Shown: positions 10,135 through 19,384 of the stretch, piece after piece
Numbering within the stretch: the stretch's first letter is position 1
Layout of the letters: each line of letters starts with the position of its first letter
NCBI GenBank assembly: GCA_964459715.1
Contig: CAYWNS010000001.1
Span: forward strand, 9,884 to 73,883
Length of the DNA: 64,000 bases
From: an uncultured Akkermansia sp.
GTDB lineage: Bacteria > Verrucomicrobiota > Verrucomicrobiia > Verrucomicrobiales > Akkermansiaceae
Direction of reading: 5' to 3'
Notes under the pieces: generated by a model
What the model saw: only the letters and a program-made list of their open reading frames with translations
The model's database searches: none
What the model was told of the DNA's origin: nothing
Translations under genes and position numbers: made by a program

Positions 10135-11325
10135 TCATCTACCCGGCAGCAGACGGAAAGAAAATCCCCGCAGGTATTGCGACTCCGGGAGATTGAGGAG
10201 GATGGGGTGGTCCGCTCTTTGTCCGTGCTCGGCAAGGAGTCGCAGGGTGCAGTGAGCATCTGCGGCTGCATCCGCTATGATTTGCAGGAAAAGCTCGCGA
10301 CTTACGTGATGTGAGCAGGTGAATGTGGACAAAACCCCGCCGACCGGCAGCATTTGCATAGCGCGCAAGTGGATTTCCTTGTACCCGCGCAGTGCTCCGG
10401 CGAGAGATTGGCGACTGCGCGAAAAACTCGGTGGGTCTAGGATGATGTGTTCCCACTTCGGTTCAGCCCCGCAGCGCACGGCTTCACTCTCCGTCTTGAG
10501 CAGGTCAAAGGCGTTGAGTGCCATCGCGTCAATAGAAACACCGTTGAGTTGGGCATTTGTCCGGACGCTCTGCACAGCGGTTTCGGAAATGTCAATGGCT
10601 GTTATTCTCGATGCCCCCGCTAAGGCACAGGCAAGCCCGAAGCCACCCTGGTTGCAGAAGCAGTCCAGCACCCGCTTACCACGCGCGTATTGCGCCACCC
10701 GTCCATAGTTATCCAGCTGGTCGAGGTAAAGTCCGGTTTTTTGCCCGGCGCAGGGGTCCACTTCGAATACTATTCCGGAGCCGCATGCGGGGAAAGGCAA
10801 CGGTTTTTTCCCGAATGCGATGTGTATTCCCGGCGGTATCCCTTCAGACTCCAGCACATTTGCGTGAGAATCGTTGCGCACGATGATGCAGGACGGCTCC
10901 AGTACTGCTCTCAGAGTCTGCACAATTTCCGCCTCGTGCAGGTGCATAGCTAGGGTCAGGGTTTGCATGACCAGTACCTCACCGTAGCGGTCGACAATGA
11001 GCCCCGGCAAACCATCGCTCTCGCTCCACACCAAGCGCACCAGCTTCTCACCGGGTAGGTCTTGGGCGCGCTGCTCCGCCGCTTGGCGAATGCGTCGCTC
11101 AAAGAAATCGACATCCAGCACTTGTTTTCTGCGGGAAAAACGGCGTGCCACAATCTGCGAGCGCGGGTTATAAATGGCTGAGCCGAGGAAGTGATCACGT
11201 CGATCTTTAAGGGCTACCACTTCACCCGGTTGCGGATCACCATACACCCTCCGTACCTCCGTGCCGTACACCCAGTCGTGTCCATGGAATATTCTCGCTT
11301 TCGGTGCTATGATGAGTCCCCCCAT
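10135..11325 (-). CDS. rlmI: RlmI/RlmK-family 23S rRNA SAM-dependent methyltransferase
   Basis: PUA-like N-terminus (GHDWVY), SESDGLPGLIVDRY, GQKTGLYLDQ, DPPSF, TCSHH and DHP motifs. Confidence 0.8.
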   Translation of the reverse strand: MGGLIIAPKARIFHGHDWVYGTEVRRVYGDPQPGEVVALKDRRDHFLGSAIYNPRSQIVARRFSRRKQVLDVDFFERRIRQAAEQRAQDLPGEKLVRLVWSESDGLPGLIVDRYGEVLVMQTLTLAMHLHEAEIVQTLRAVLEPSCIIVRNDSHANVLESEGIPPGIHIAFGKKPLPFPACGSGIVFEVDPCAGQKTGLYLDQLDNYGRVAQYARGKRVLDCFCNQGGFGLACALAGASRITAIDISETAVQSVRTNAQLNGVSIDAMALNAFDLLKTESEAVRCGAEPKWEHIILDPPSFSRSRQSLAGALRGYKEIHLRAMQMLPVGGVLSTFTCSHHVSRELFLQIIADAAADAHCTLRLLAEHGQRADHPILLNLPESQYLRGFSFRLLPGR

Positions 11326-11333
11326 ACCACGCC

Positions 11334-11362
11334 ATTCTACCCCACCGTACCCCGCCTGTCAA
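11334..11362 (-). promoter_or_regulatory. Putative sigma70 promoter, near-leaderless, of rlmI-MTase
   Basis: TTGACA-17-TAGAAT, then 8 nt to the ATG. Confidence 0.7.
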
Positions 11363-11382
11363 TCTTCACATCCATCCCGAAG

Positions 11383-11656
11383 CACAATCTGTCCCAGATA
11401 AATTAAGCACGCAGAGTAGAGCGATAACTTCGTCGCGTGGCAACACGGAGGTGATCAAGTACGAGGTACGAAGTGAAGGAGTTAGGCGCAACAAGGTTGC
11501 GCGGGCATGGTGGGAGGAGGCAAGACCGAAACGGCGCGTGGGAACTAAATCCATGCACCCGTGATGTTAAAGCCCCCTTGGTACCGCAGAGCGTCTGTAA
11601 CCCGTATGGGGATTAGCATTGCGGCGTTTCTCGAAAATTTTATTGGGACAGGCGTG
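11383..11656 (+). mobile_element. Family I MITE-like repeat, copy 3
   Basis: CACAATCTGTCCC ... heptamer x2 ... palindrome ... AATTTTATTGGGACAGGCGTG. Confidence 0.85.
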
Positions 11657-11661
11657 TTCGC

Positions 11662-13245
11662 TCATTTGTACTGGTCCGGGGAAAGCCGCAGTTTCCGCAC
11701 CCGATAATCGAGCTTGCGCAAGGTTGTATGCAGCTGACGCGCGGCGGCGGACATGTTACCGCGCGTTCGCTTCAGTGCAGCCGTAATGAGCTCTGCCTCA
11801 AACGATGCTGTTAGAGCTTCCAAGGGCGTATCCTGTTCCGGGACTTGACTGCGGTTGGGCAGTAAGCTTTCTGTTCCGGTCGCTGCGGCAGTTTGCAGGG
11901 AAGCCGGTAGGTCGATAGCGTTGATTACGCTGCTTGTGGACATAATAACCACGCGTTCAATCATATTCTCTAGCTCCCGCACATTGCCGGGCCAGTGGTA
12001 GCTCATCAGCATGTCGATCGCCGGGGTCGACAACCGCCGTACATCTTTGTGGTGCAACTTGTTGTACTTTGCCAAGAAGAAATCCGCCAGCGAGACAATG
12101 TCGACCTTTCGGGAACGTAATGGAGGCACGACGATCGGGAGCACAGCCAAGCGATAATACAAATCCTCGCGGAAGAGCCCCTCACTCATCATACGTTCCA
12201 GATTGCGAGATGTTGCGGCGATGATGCGTGCTTGCGTGCGGATCGCCTGTTGCGAGCCTACGCGTTCAAACACCTTTTCTTGCAGCACCCGCAAGAGTTT
12301 CACCTGAGTTTGCACCGGCAAATCGCCGATTTCATCCAAAAAGAGAGTTCCGGTCGAGGCCTCTTCGAAGCGACCGATGCGTTGTTTAATTGCCCCGGTA
12401 AACGCTCCCTTTTCATGACCGAAAAGCTCCGATTCGATCAAACTCTCCGGCAGTGCCGCACAGTTCACCGCCACAAACGGTCCGTCCTTTCGGTCCGAGG
12501 CATAGTGGATGGCTTGTGCCAGCAGCTCCTTTCCCGTCCCGGATTCCCCCAGCAGCAGTACCGTCGCCGTTGAGCGCGCTACCTTGGTCATTTCTAAGTA
12601 CACCGCTCGCATCGCCGACGAATGACCCACGATATTCGCGAACCCCGTATTTTCGCCGAGCTCTATACGCAGACGGTCTGTTTCTCTTTCTTGCAGTTGT
12701 CGCTCCGTCATCTGTTCTCGCACGCTCGCCACGGCATCTGCCAAGATGTTGGCAACGATCTCCAGTAATCTCACCAGCTTTTCCGGCGTTCCCTGAGGCA
12801 GTACCGGAAACGACAACGAAAGAGTTCCGATAATTGCACCGCCGTGCTTGATAGCAACACAAAGGAAAGATTCACTCATTCCGCCGTGGAGGACACCCGT
12901 TCGGTTCAAAAAGGTCGAGCTCTTTGCCGTATCGCGCAGCACAGCGGCTTCACCCGTCAGTCCCACATGTCCGGTTATGCCCTCGCCGAGCCGATAGGTT
13001 CCCCGCGCTTTTTCCTCCTCCGATAACCCGTATGATGCTTCAATCACCAGCTCCTCTCCCTGCAACAGACAGAGGGCTCCTTGCGAAAACCTCAGCTTAT
13101 CCTGCAGAACCTGCAGTATCTGCTCCAACAAACCACCCACCTCACGCTGTCCCACCAACACCTTCGAAACCCCCGAGAGCACTTGCAGTTCTAGACTATC
13201 GCCGGAGAGACCGGAAAGCGGTGACTGGGATGAGTCTCGCTGCAT
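11662..13245 (-). CDS. NifA-like sigma-54-dependent transcriptional activator (GAF-AAA+-HTH)
   Basis: GAF (YRLGEGITG), [40 protein letters not shown] and a C-terminal Fis-type HTH. Confidence 0.9.
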   Translation of the reverse strand: MQRDSSQSPLSGLSGDSLELQVLSGVSKVLVGQREVGGLLEQILQVLQDKLRFSQGALCLLQGEELVIEASYGLSEEEKARGTYRLGEGITGHVGLTGEAAVLRDTAKSSTFLNRTGVLHGGMSESFLCVAIKHGGAIIGTLSLSFPVLPQGTPEKLVRLLEIVANILADAVASVREQMTERQLQERETDRLRIELGENTGFANIVGHSSAMRAVYLEMTKVARSTATVLLLGESGTGKELLAQAIHYASDRKDGPFVAVNCAALPESLIESELFGHEKGAFTGAIKQRIGRFEEASTGTLFLDEIGDLPVQTQVKLLRVLQEKVFERVGSQQAIRTQARIIAATSRNLERMMSEGLFREDLYYRLAVLPIVVPPLRSRKVDIVSLADFFLAKYNKLHHKDVRRLSTPAIDMLMSYHWPGNVRELENMIERVVIMSTSSVINAIDLPASLQTAAATGTESLLPNRSQVPEQDTPLEALTASFEAELITAALKRTRGNMSAAARQLHTTLRKLDYRVRKLRLSPDQYK

Positions 13246-13261
13246 GAGCTTTTAGAATGTT

Positions 13262-13573
13262 TTAAGCGTTTGTTGGGGAGGACGGAGGGGAAGAAGCGAT
13301 TGCCGCCTCGATTTTGGCCTGCAGAGGTGCCGTGTCCACCTTATTCACCCATTCGGCAAGTTCCTTTTCTGTGTACGAGAAAAGGGCATCTGCCGCGAGC
13401 ATACGACCCAGCTCGCTCCCGCTGATGAGCTCACAGAGCACATCCGGTTCATCTTGTTGCGCGCACTTCACCTCCCCGCTGCGCATCATGAAAATTCCAT
13501 CCTTCGGGTTGAGGGAATTTTGGACAAAAATAGCTTCCCTAAGCTGTTCTCTATCGATAGTATAGTCCGGCAT
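13262..13573 (-). CDS. Small acidic hypothetical protein, co-oriented upstream of the NifA-like gene
   Basis: 103-aa ORF MPDYTIDREQL... directly behind a consensus promoter, with a 16-bp gap to the next gene. Confidence 0.7.
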   Translation of the reverse strand: MPDYTIDREQLREAIFVQNSLNPKDGIFMMRSGEVKCAQQDEPDVLCELISGSELGRMLAADALFSYTEKELAEWVNKVDTAPLQAKIEAAIASSPPSSPTNA

Positions 13574-13580
13574 GCCCGCT

Positions 13581-13609
13581 ATTCTAACCGTGCTGCCCTC
13601 ACGTGTCAA
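13581..13609 (-). promoter_or_regulatory. Putative sigma70 promoter, leaderless
   Basis: TTGACA-17-TAGAAT, then 7 nt to the ATG. Confidence 0.7.
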
Positions 13610-13628
13610 GCATTGCCCCACCGGCAGC

Positions 13629-13880
13629 CACATCTGTCCCAAATAAATTAGAAGCCTAGTGGTGGGCGATAACTTTGCGGTAGGAAAGCACGGGGATGAT
13701 CGAGTACGAGGTACGAAGTGAAGGAGTTAGGCGCAACGGAGTTGCGCGGATGAGTTAAGAGGAGGCAAAACCAAAACAGCGCGCGGGAACCAAATCGATG
13801 CAGTCGTGAAGTTGAAGCCCCTTTTAGTACGCAGAGTGCATAGAAACCGGAGGGGAGGTGACATTGTGGCGATTTTCAGA
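13629..13880 (+). mobile_element. Family I repeat, copy 4 (right TIR missing)
   Basis: Left TIR, heptamer x2 and palindrome are present. Similarity ends at ~13880 and is followed by a C-run/(CA)n tract. Confidence 0.8.
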
Positions 13881-13976
13881 AGCACACACCGCCCCCCCCC
13901 ACACACACACACATCACTCGTTTCCCGCCGTACTCGCCATTCCCCGGCATTGCATACCTCGTCTTTTTTTTTGCGG

Positions 13977-16538
13977 CTAGGACTTGGGTTTGCGGTACTC
14001 GTCGAGTATTTTCTTGAAGTTGGGATACCGTTCGAAGGTGCGGATAACACCGGCACCAACCTTGTTGAGATCAGCTCCGGCCTTAAGTAATTCGATGGCA
14101 GTTTCGGGGGGTACCCGATTATCAAATTGCAGGAAGAGACCCATGTTTGAGAGGCCGTGATGACCGTTTTCGTGGGCATCGAGACCCGCATTCACGAGGA
14201 AGCGTACTTTTTCTGCTCCGTGTTCAAAATCTTCTGCCGCATAGTGGAACAGGCTTCGCCCGAGTTTATCCTTTACCTGAGGGTCAGCTCCGGCTTTGAC
14301 GAGCATATCCATCACCTTGAGGGAAGAGTCATTCCAGCTATTGGCAGCGGCTGCCAAGGGAGTTTTTCCGTTCTTGTCTGCAGCGTTTGGGTCCAACCCG
14401 GCATCCAACAGAGGGCGCACGATGGATTCCAGACCGGTAGAAGCTGCGGCGATCAGGAGATTTTGCCCGTTGTTGGCGGTAGCTTTCACATCCGCACCGG
14501 CGGCAACGGCTGCTTTGAACATCTTTTCCGGGCCTCCGGCACTGCTCAGGTTGCACATGAGCGGAGTGCGCCCCTCTTTGTCCTTGGCATTGATATCCAG
14601 ACCGGCTTTTACCAACAACTCGAGAATTTCAGGGTTTTCCGCCATGAAGAGAGCCGTTTGACCTTCCTTATTGACAGCTTTGACATCTACGCCCTTGTCG
14701 ATGAGTAACTGAGCAATTTTTGGGGACGCCTTACCGAGCGTCATGAGTAACGTTTCCTGTTCATCATTGGTGCTTTTGGGATCAGCTCCCGCATCGAGGA
14801 GTTTTCCGATGACTTGGGTCAGCACCTCGTCATCGATCCCGTACGTCCTCATCTTCAGCAGGACATCGGCGGGAGGTTCCACCCCGCTCGCAGAGAGGGC
14901 ATCGATGATTTCGGCGCAGGACGCCCCGAGTGCCTCAGTCGGGTAATCTCTGCATTCCGAGAGCATCATATTGGAGATCGCCGCGTTCCACGTTTCCGCG
15001 TCCACCTTTGCTCCGGCAGCGAGCAGGGTTTTGATGATGTCGGGCAGCTTGCTGCGGCGGGAGAGACGCTCTCGGTAGGTGGACGAGAGACCGCGATCGG
15101 TGAGCATCCAACCACCGCTCGGGTCCACATTGTCCAGCGGGTTGAAGAATGCTTGCTGTAATGTGGGAATCTTTCCCGCGTCCGGTTTTGCGCCGTGCTT
15201 CATCAACACCTGCACGACATCGGGGCGGTATTCACGAACGGCGCGATCGAGCGGGGTGTCACCCCATGAGTCTTGGGCAGCGGCATCCTGCCCGGCGGCA
15301 ATGAGCAACTCCGCCGTCTTACCATCCTGTGCATAATCGAGCACGGGAACACATCCTTCCTGTTTATCGGCTTCGGAGCCGGACTCGATGAGAGCTTGCA
15401 CCACTGAGGCAGGTTGATGACTCCATACGGCAGCCATGAGTGAGGAGGAGAAGGAATGGGAATTATCCGCCTTGGGGTCAACTCCCACTGCCACAAGTTC
15501 TTTTACCATGGCACCGGAGCGGGCAACTCCCAGCACATTACCCGGTGCGATTCCGTCGTATATGAAGTCCCTGAAGTTCTTGAGTATGGTGTACGTGTAC
15601 GCCATATCCATCAGGTTGGTCTGCTTCGTCAACTCGGCTTCTTCCTTGAGCCATTTCTTGACCTCTTTGACATCATCCAGTGCCACCAATGCGACGAACG
15701 CCGCCTTTTTATCCGCCGGATTTGCCAAGTCGAGTTTCAAACCCAGCGCGAGCATCAGTCGGATGCTATCAATCGGTGTCTGCAGCCCGATGACCGGTGT
15801 TCCGTCATTATTACGCGCGTTCACATCGCAGCCGTGACGCACGAGGTAGGCAACACTTTCCGGTTGAATGCCGACTTTTGCCAGCACCTGCCTACCGTTG
15901 CATGCCTGCTTCACGTCCACTCCGGCTTTCACGTAGCGGTCTACTAGGGAGACGAACTGAGCCGAACCCTGCAGCCAGCCTCGTATGACTTCCGCCTCCG
16001 TCTTTTTGTACCGCTCGAGCGTTTGCGGATCGAGGGGCTCCCTCTCTTCGGCACAAATCCGCAGGAGTTCCCGCGTGGGTATGCTTTTCGCGTAATCGAG
16101 AGCTGTTTTCCCGTCCTTGTCCTTCAGCGTCACGTCCGCTCCCTTCGCCACAAGCCAGCAGACGGCAAGGCGGCTGTCGCGGGCAGCTGCGTGCATTAAC
16201 GTCGTTTGCCCCTTTTCATCCCGCACATTTGCCTTTTTGACGGAGGTAACGGAGCGCAGTTCCTTAAGCACGGCACTCTGCCCTTGCTTCGCCTCATCCT
16301 TGCCTTCCTTCCCGTTCTCCCGCGCCTCGGTGTCTTTTCGCCTTTCCTTCTTGGACACCTTCGCCTGCTTGGGGAAGAGTACATTCAGCCCACGTAGACT
16401 CTTGGGAAGCACGCCTTCTGCTTTCGCAGCTGCCGGACTTCCCTGCGCCGTCAGCAGTAATCCGACAATAACGATTCCGGCAAACCGTTTAGTGTGTATT
16501 AGCAACAAATGTAGAAAAGAAGAGCAGTTGTTTTTCAT
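13977..16538 (-). CDS. Secreted multi-ankyrin-repeat protein
   Basis: Signal-peptide-like N-terminus. Many ankyrin units (DEKGQTTLMHAA, GADVTLKDKDGKTALDYA, GLDINAKDKEGRTPL, GLDPNAADKNGKTPL). Confidence 0.9.
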   Translation of the reverse strand: MKNNCSSFLHLLLIHTKRFAGIVIVGLLLTAQGSPAAAKAEGVLPKSLRGLNVLFPKQAKVSKKERRKDTEARENGKEGKDEAKQGQSAVLKELRSVTSVKKANVRDEKGQTTLMHAAARDSRLAVCWLVAKGADVTLKDKDGKTALDYAKSIPTRELLRICAEEREPLDPQTLERYKKTEAEVIRGWLQGSAQFVSLVDRYVKAGVDVKQACNGRQVLAKVGIQPESVAYLVRHGCDVNARNNDGTPVIGLQTPIDSIRLMLALGLKLDLANPADKKAAFVALVALDDVKEVKKWLKEEAELTKQTNLMDMAYTYTILKNFRDFIYDGIAPGNVLGVARSGAMVKELVAVGVDPKADNSHSFSSSLMAAVWSHQPASVVQALIESGSEADKQEGCVPVLDYAQDGKTAELLIAAGQDAAAQDSWGDTPLDRAVREYRPDVVQVLMKHGAKPDAGKIPTLQQAFFNPLDNVDPSGGWMLTDRGLSSTYRERLSRRSKLPDIIKTLLAAGAKVDAETWNAAISNMMLSECRDYPTEALGASCAEIIDALSASGVEPPADVLLKMRTYGIDDEVLTQVIGKLLDAGADPKSTNDEQETLLMTLGKASPKIAQLLIDKGVDVKAVNKEGQTALFMAENPEILELLVKAGLDINAKDKEGRTPLMCNLSSAGGPEKMFKAAVAAGADVKATANNGQNLLIAAASTGLESIVRPLLDAGLDPNAADKNGKTPLAAAANSWNDSSLKVMDMLVKAGADPQVKDKLGRSLFHYAAEDFEHGAEKVRFLVNAGLDAHENGHHGLSNMGLFLQFDNRVPPETAIELLKAGADLNKVGAGVIRTFERYPNFKKILDEYRKPKS

Positions 16539-16563
16539 TTCTATTTTCGACTAGGCGACACTC

Positions 16564-16592
16564 ATCCTACCCGATAGTTCTATAAACGTCAA
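16564..16592 (-). promoter_or_regulatory. Putative sigma70 promoter of ankyrin gene
   Basis: TTGACG-17-TAGGAT on the minus strand. Confidence 0.6.
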
Positions 16593-16619
16593 GCACGAAA
16601 ACATCTATCAGATATTTTC

Positions 16620-16912
16620 CACATCTGTCCCAAATAAATTAAAGGCTTAGTGGTGGGCGGTGACTTTGAGGCGGGAGGACACGGGGGCGATCAAGCACGA
16701 GGTACGAAGTACGAAGTACGAAGTACGAAGTGAAAGAGTTAGGCGCAACGAGGTTGCGCGGGCATGGCAGGAGGAAGCAAAGCCGAAACAACGTGTGGGA
16801 ACTAAATCCATGCACCCGTGAGATCGAAGCCCCATTGGTACGCAGGGCACCTGTAACCCGCATGGGGATTAGCATCGCAGCGTTTTTCGAGAATTTTATT
16901 GGGACAAGTGTG
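16620..16912 (+). mobile_element. Family I MITE-like repeat, copy 5, with 8-bp target-site duplication
   Basis: ATATTTTC at 16612-16619 and 16913-16920 flanks intact TIRs; heptamer x5. Confidence 0.9.
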
Positions 16913-16954
16913 ATATTTTCATGCAAACGTGTGGTCGAGACCGAGTAAGTCGCG

Positions 16955-19384
16955 TCAGCGGAGACGCAGGAGAATGGGCAGCTGAGGTGGGGAGTTGGGG
17001 GAGAGAGACTCGATGGACTCGGATACGATCCAGCCGCGTTGATGGGTGGCAGTTTCGATGTAGCTGAAGGAACCACGGTGGGCGAGGAGGCGGAGAGGAG
17101 AGGAGGGAGTAAGCTGCATGAGGGCAGGGGCATCCGGGGCAGCGGCAGAACGGAGAGGGGTGGCTTGCAGGACGTAGGCGAGGTCCGATGGGGGAAGGGA
17201 GGCGAGGTCGGCAGATTCTCGCGTGCCGTAGTACACCCAATCGAGGGCGCAGAGGAGGGAGAGGAGGGCGAAGAGAGCAGAGCAGACGGAGAGACAAGTG
17301 GAAGCACGGCGACGCAGGAGCAGATGTAGAGCAATGCAAAGGGCGAGTGCCGCAGTGCAGGCGATGGTGGCGACCCAGAGATACGAATAGGAGAGGAGCG
17401 TGAAGAGGTGGTCCACCTCGGAGCGGACGGGCAGAAGGGCACCCTCCTTACGCTGAATAAAAGCGAGGTTGGCACGGGCTTCGGGGAAGGAGGGATTGAG
17501 ATAAAGAGCGCGGGCAAACGAAAGGGCAGCGGGACCCGGTTTACCCAAGCGGTATTGGCAGGTGCCGATGTCGTAGGCGATGACATCGGCGCGGGAGGCA
17601 TTCGGGTCAGACTCACGCTGAAGCTTCAGCAGGGAGTCCAGAGCTTTCGAGTATTGCCGCCCACGGTAGAGCTCCTGCACGGAGCCGTCGTCCGCGTTGC
17701 TCAGCGGCAGCAGGGCGAGCAACAATACACCCACAACTTTGGCGACGCGCGCGAGTGCTTTGCGCACAGATTGAAGCATCGAGTTGCGCTCTGACGCAGA
17801 AATGACCGGCGAAGCCCCGGGTCGGAACGCCTCATCATCCCTGCGCCGGAGAATGAGCGAGAGCTCGGCATCGCGTCGGTCTTGCGGGATGTTGGACTCA
17901 ATGAACGCACCGATGCGCTTGAGAAAAGACAGCGGGTTGGAGTCGTGGGAAATGGCGAGCAGCTCACGTTCTTGGGAGCGTGCGGCGGACATACTCGCGA
18001 AACGGTGAGAAATACCCCGCCGGAGCAGGTAGGCAAAGATAAACAAAGCCGGTAAGTAGAGCAGGTACCAGAGAAAACGCGGCAGGACAAAAATACTGCG
18101 AGGAGCGTCATCCGGTGGAATCAGGTCGTAAATATCCGTAAGTTCTTCCACGGGAACTTTGCCTGCGGGCGGAGGCGTTGCCGGGCTCTGCATCATGGGA
18201 AGCCCCGCACTGTCGGACTCCTTCCAAGGCAGAGCCAAGGGAGGCGATGCAGCGCGTTTGTAGGTCATCGTCGAGGGATCGAAGTAACTGAGGGAGAAAG
18301 CGGGGATACCGCTGACTTCCGCGATAGGACGCATCAGCTGCGAAAAGACCATACCGACCGTTTCCCCGTTGGCGGAAACGATGGGTTTACGGGTGGCGGG
18401 GACAAGTTTCCATGATGCGGCATCTTCCGGTTTGGGGCATGCCAGCTGTTGCAGGTTGCCGCTCCCACGAACAGTGATCTGCACTTCCACCGCCTCGTTC
18501 ATCGCGAGAGCCGTGGCATCGCATTTGACGGACAGGGAGTAGTTGCCCACCGTGTCAGAGAAGTCGGCAGGAGCCCCCGGGGGTAAAGGGAGAGCCGCGA
18601 GCGAGAGCGTGGGGAGAGGAACCTCCTGTTGATTGACGGAAAAGAAACCGCGTTGCCGGGCTAGGAGAATTTTCCCGACGATATCCGTGTTTCCCTCCCG
18701 GAAAGGGGTAAGCTCCCCGCAAAAGTCGGCAGTACGCCAATTTTGACCACGCGCGAAGGCAGTAGGAGACTGCATGAGCTGCTCGTGAACAATGGCAATA
18801 ACTCCTTGAACAACAGGTTGAAGCGTGCTGATTTTGACGCCGACACTCTGCATCTGAGGGAGGTTGTTGGTGAAGCAATCCTGCGGGATGAAGAGTTTGA
18901 GGGCAGCTTTCACCGGCTGATGCACGTAGGGTTCCCGTGGGGAGGTATACCAGAGGGCTCCGTAGGGCACCGGCGTGTCATACCACTTGATCTGCGCCGT
19001 AGAGAGCACGGGAAGGGGGGGAATCTTGACCGACTGCTTGCGTCCGCTTTTGTATTCTACGGTGATGTCACCCACCTCGAGCACCCCCGCTTTGTCCGGG
19101 CGCAACAAGATGGGCAGTACCTGAACCATAGTTCGGTTTGGGTCCAAGGGGTTGACCCCAGCCTTGGACTGCATGATCCGCACCCCGGCTTGATGAACTT
19201 GCGGTTGTTCCCGCACGCTGAAAAAGTCTTCCCCCACTTCGGTATCCAGCAAGTAAAGCATGACTTGCTCACCGGGGACGGCTACACTCGTGGACCATAC
19301 CGGGCTGACCTCCGCCATGACACGCTGTACCATGCCGAGAACGATGAGAAACATGAGGATGAAATGTCGCATATCTTTGTTCAT
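16955..19384 (-). CDS. batD: BatD-BatE-like fusion (Ig-like BatD domains + TPR/SH3-like BatE)
   Basis: BatD-like VGNYSL...VQITVRGSGNL...FSLSYFDP, then a TPR (YDIGTCQYRLG...ARANL) and an SH3-like end (QRGWI). Last gene of the moxR operon. Confidence 0.7.
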   Translation of the reverse strand: MNKDMRHFILMFLIVLGMVQRVMAEVSPVWSTSVAVPGEQVMLYLLDTEVGEDFFSVREQPQVHQAGVRIMQSKAGVNPLDPNRTMVQVLPILLRPDKAGVLEVGDITVEYKSGRKQSVKIPPLPVLSTAQIKWYDTPVPYGALWYTSPREPYVHQPVKAALKLFIPQDCFTNNLPQMQSVGVKISTLQPVVQGVIAIVHEQLMQSPTAFARGQNWRTADFCGELTPFREGNTDIVGKILLARQRGFFSVNQQEVPLPTLSLAALPLPPGAPADFSDTVGNYSLSVKCDATALAMNEAVEVQITVRGSGNLQQLACPKPEDAASWKLVPATRKPIVSANGETVGMVFSQLMRPIAEVSGIPAFSLSYFDPSTMTYKRAASPPLALPWKESDSAGLPMMQSPATPPPAGKVPVEELTDIYDLIPPDDAPRSIFVLPRFLWYLLYLPALFIFAYLLRRGISHRFASMSAARSQERELLAISHDSNPLSFLKRIGAFIESNIPQDRRDAELSLILRRRDDEAFRPGASPVISASERNSMLQSVRKALARVAKVVGVLLLALLPLSNADDGSVQELYRGRQYSKALDSLLKLQRESDPNASRADVIAYDIGTCQYRLGKPGPAALSFARALYLNPSFPEARANLAFIQRKEGALLPVRSEVDHLFTLLSYSYLWVATIACTAALALCIALHLLLRRRASTCLSVCSALFALLSLLCALDWVYYGTRESADLASLPPSDLAYVLQATPLRSAAAPDAPALMQLTPSSPLRLLAHRGSFSYIETATHQRGWIVSESIESLSPNSPPQLPILLRLR

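Noticed and set aside
11662-13245. Nitrogen fixation locus
   Set aside because: Only a NifA-like regulator is present, with no nifHDK or cofactor genes in the window.
13629-16912. Composite transposon carrying the ankyrin gene
   Set aside because: The right-hand copy has its own target duplication (independent insertion), and no duplication flanks the pair.
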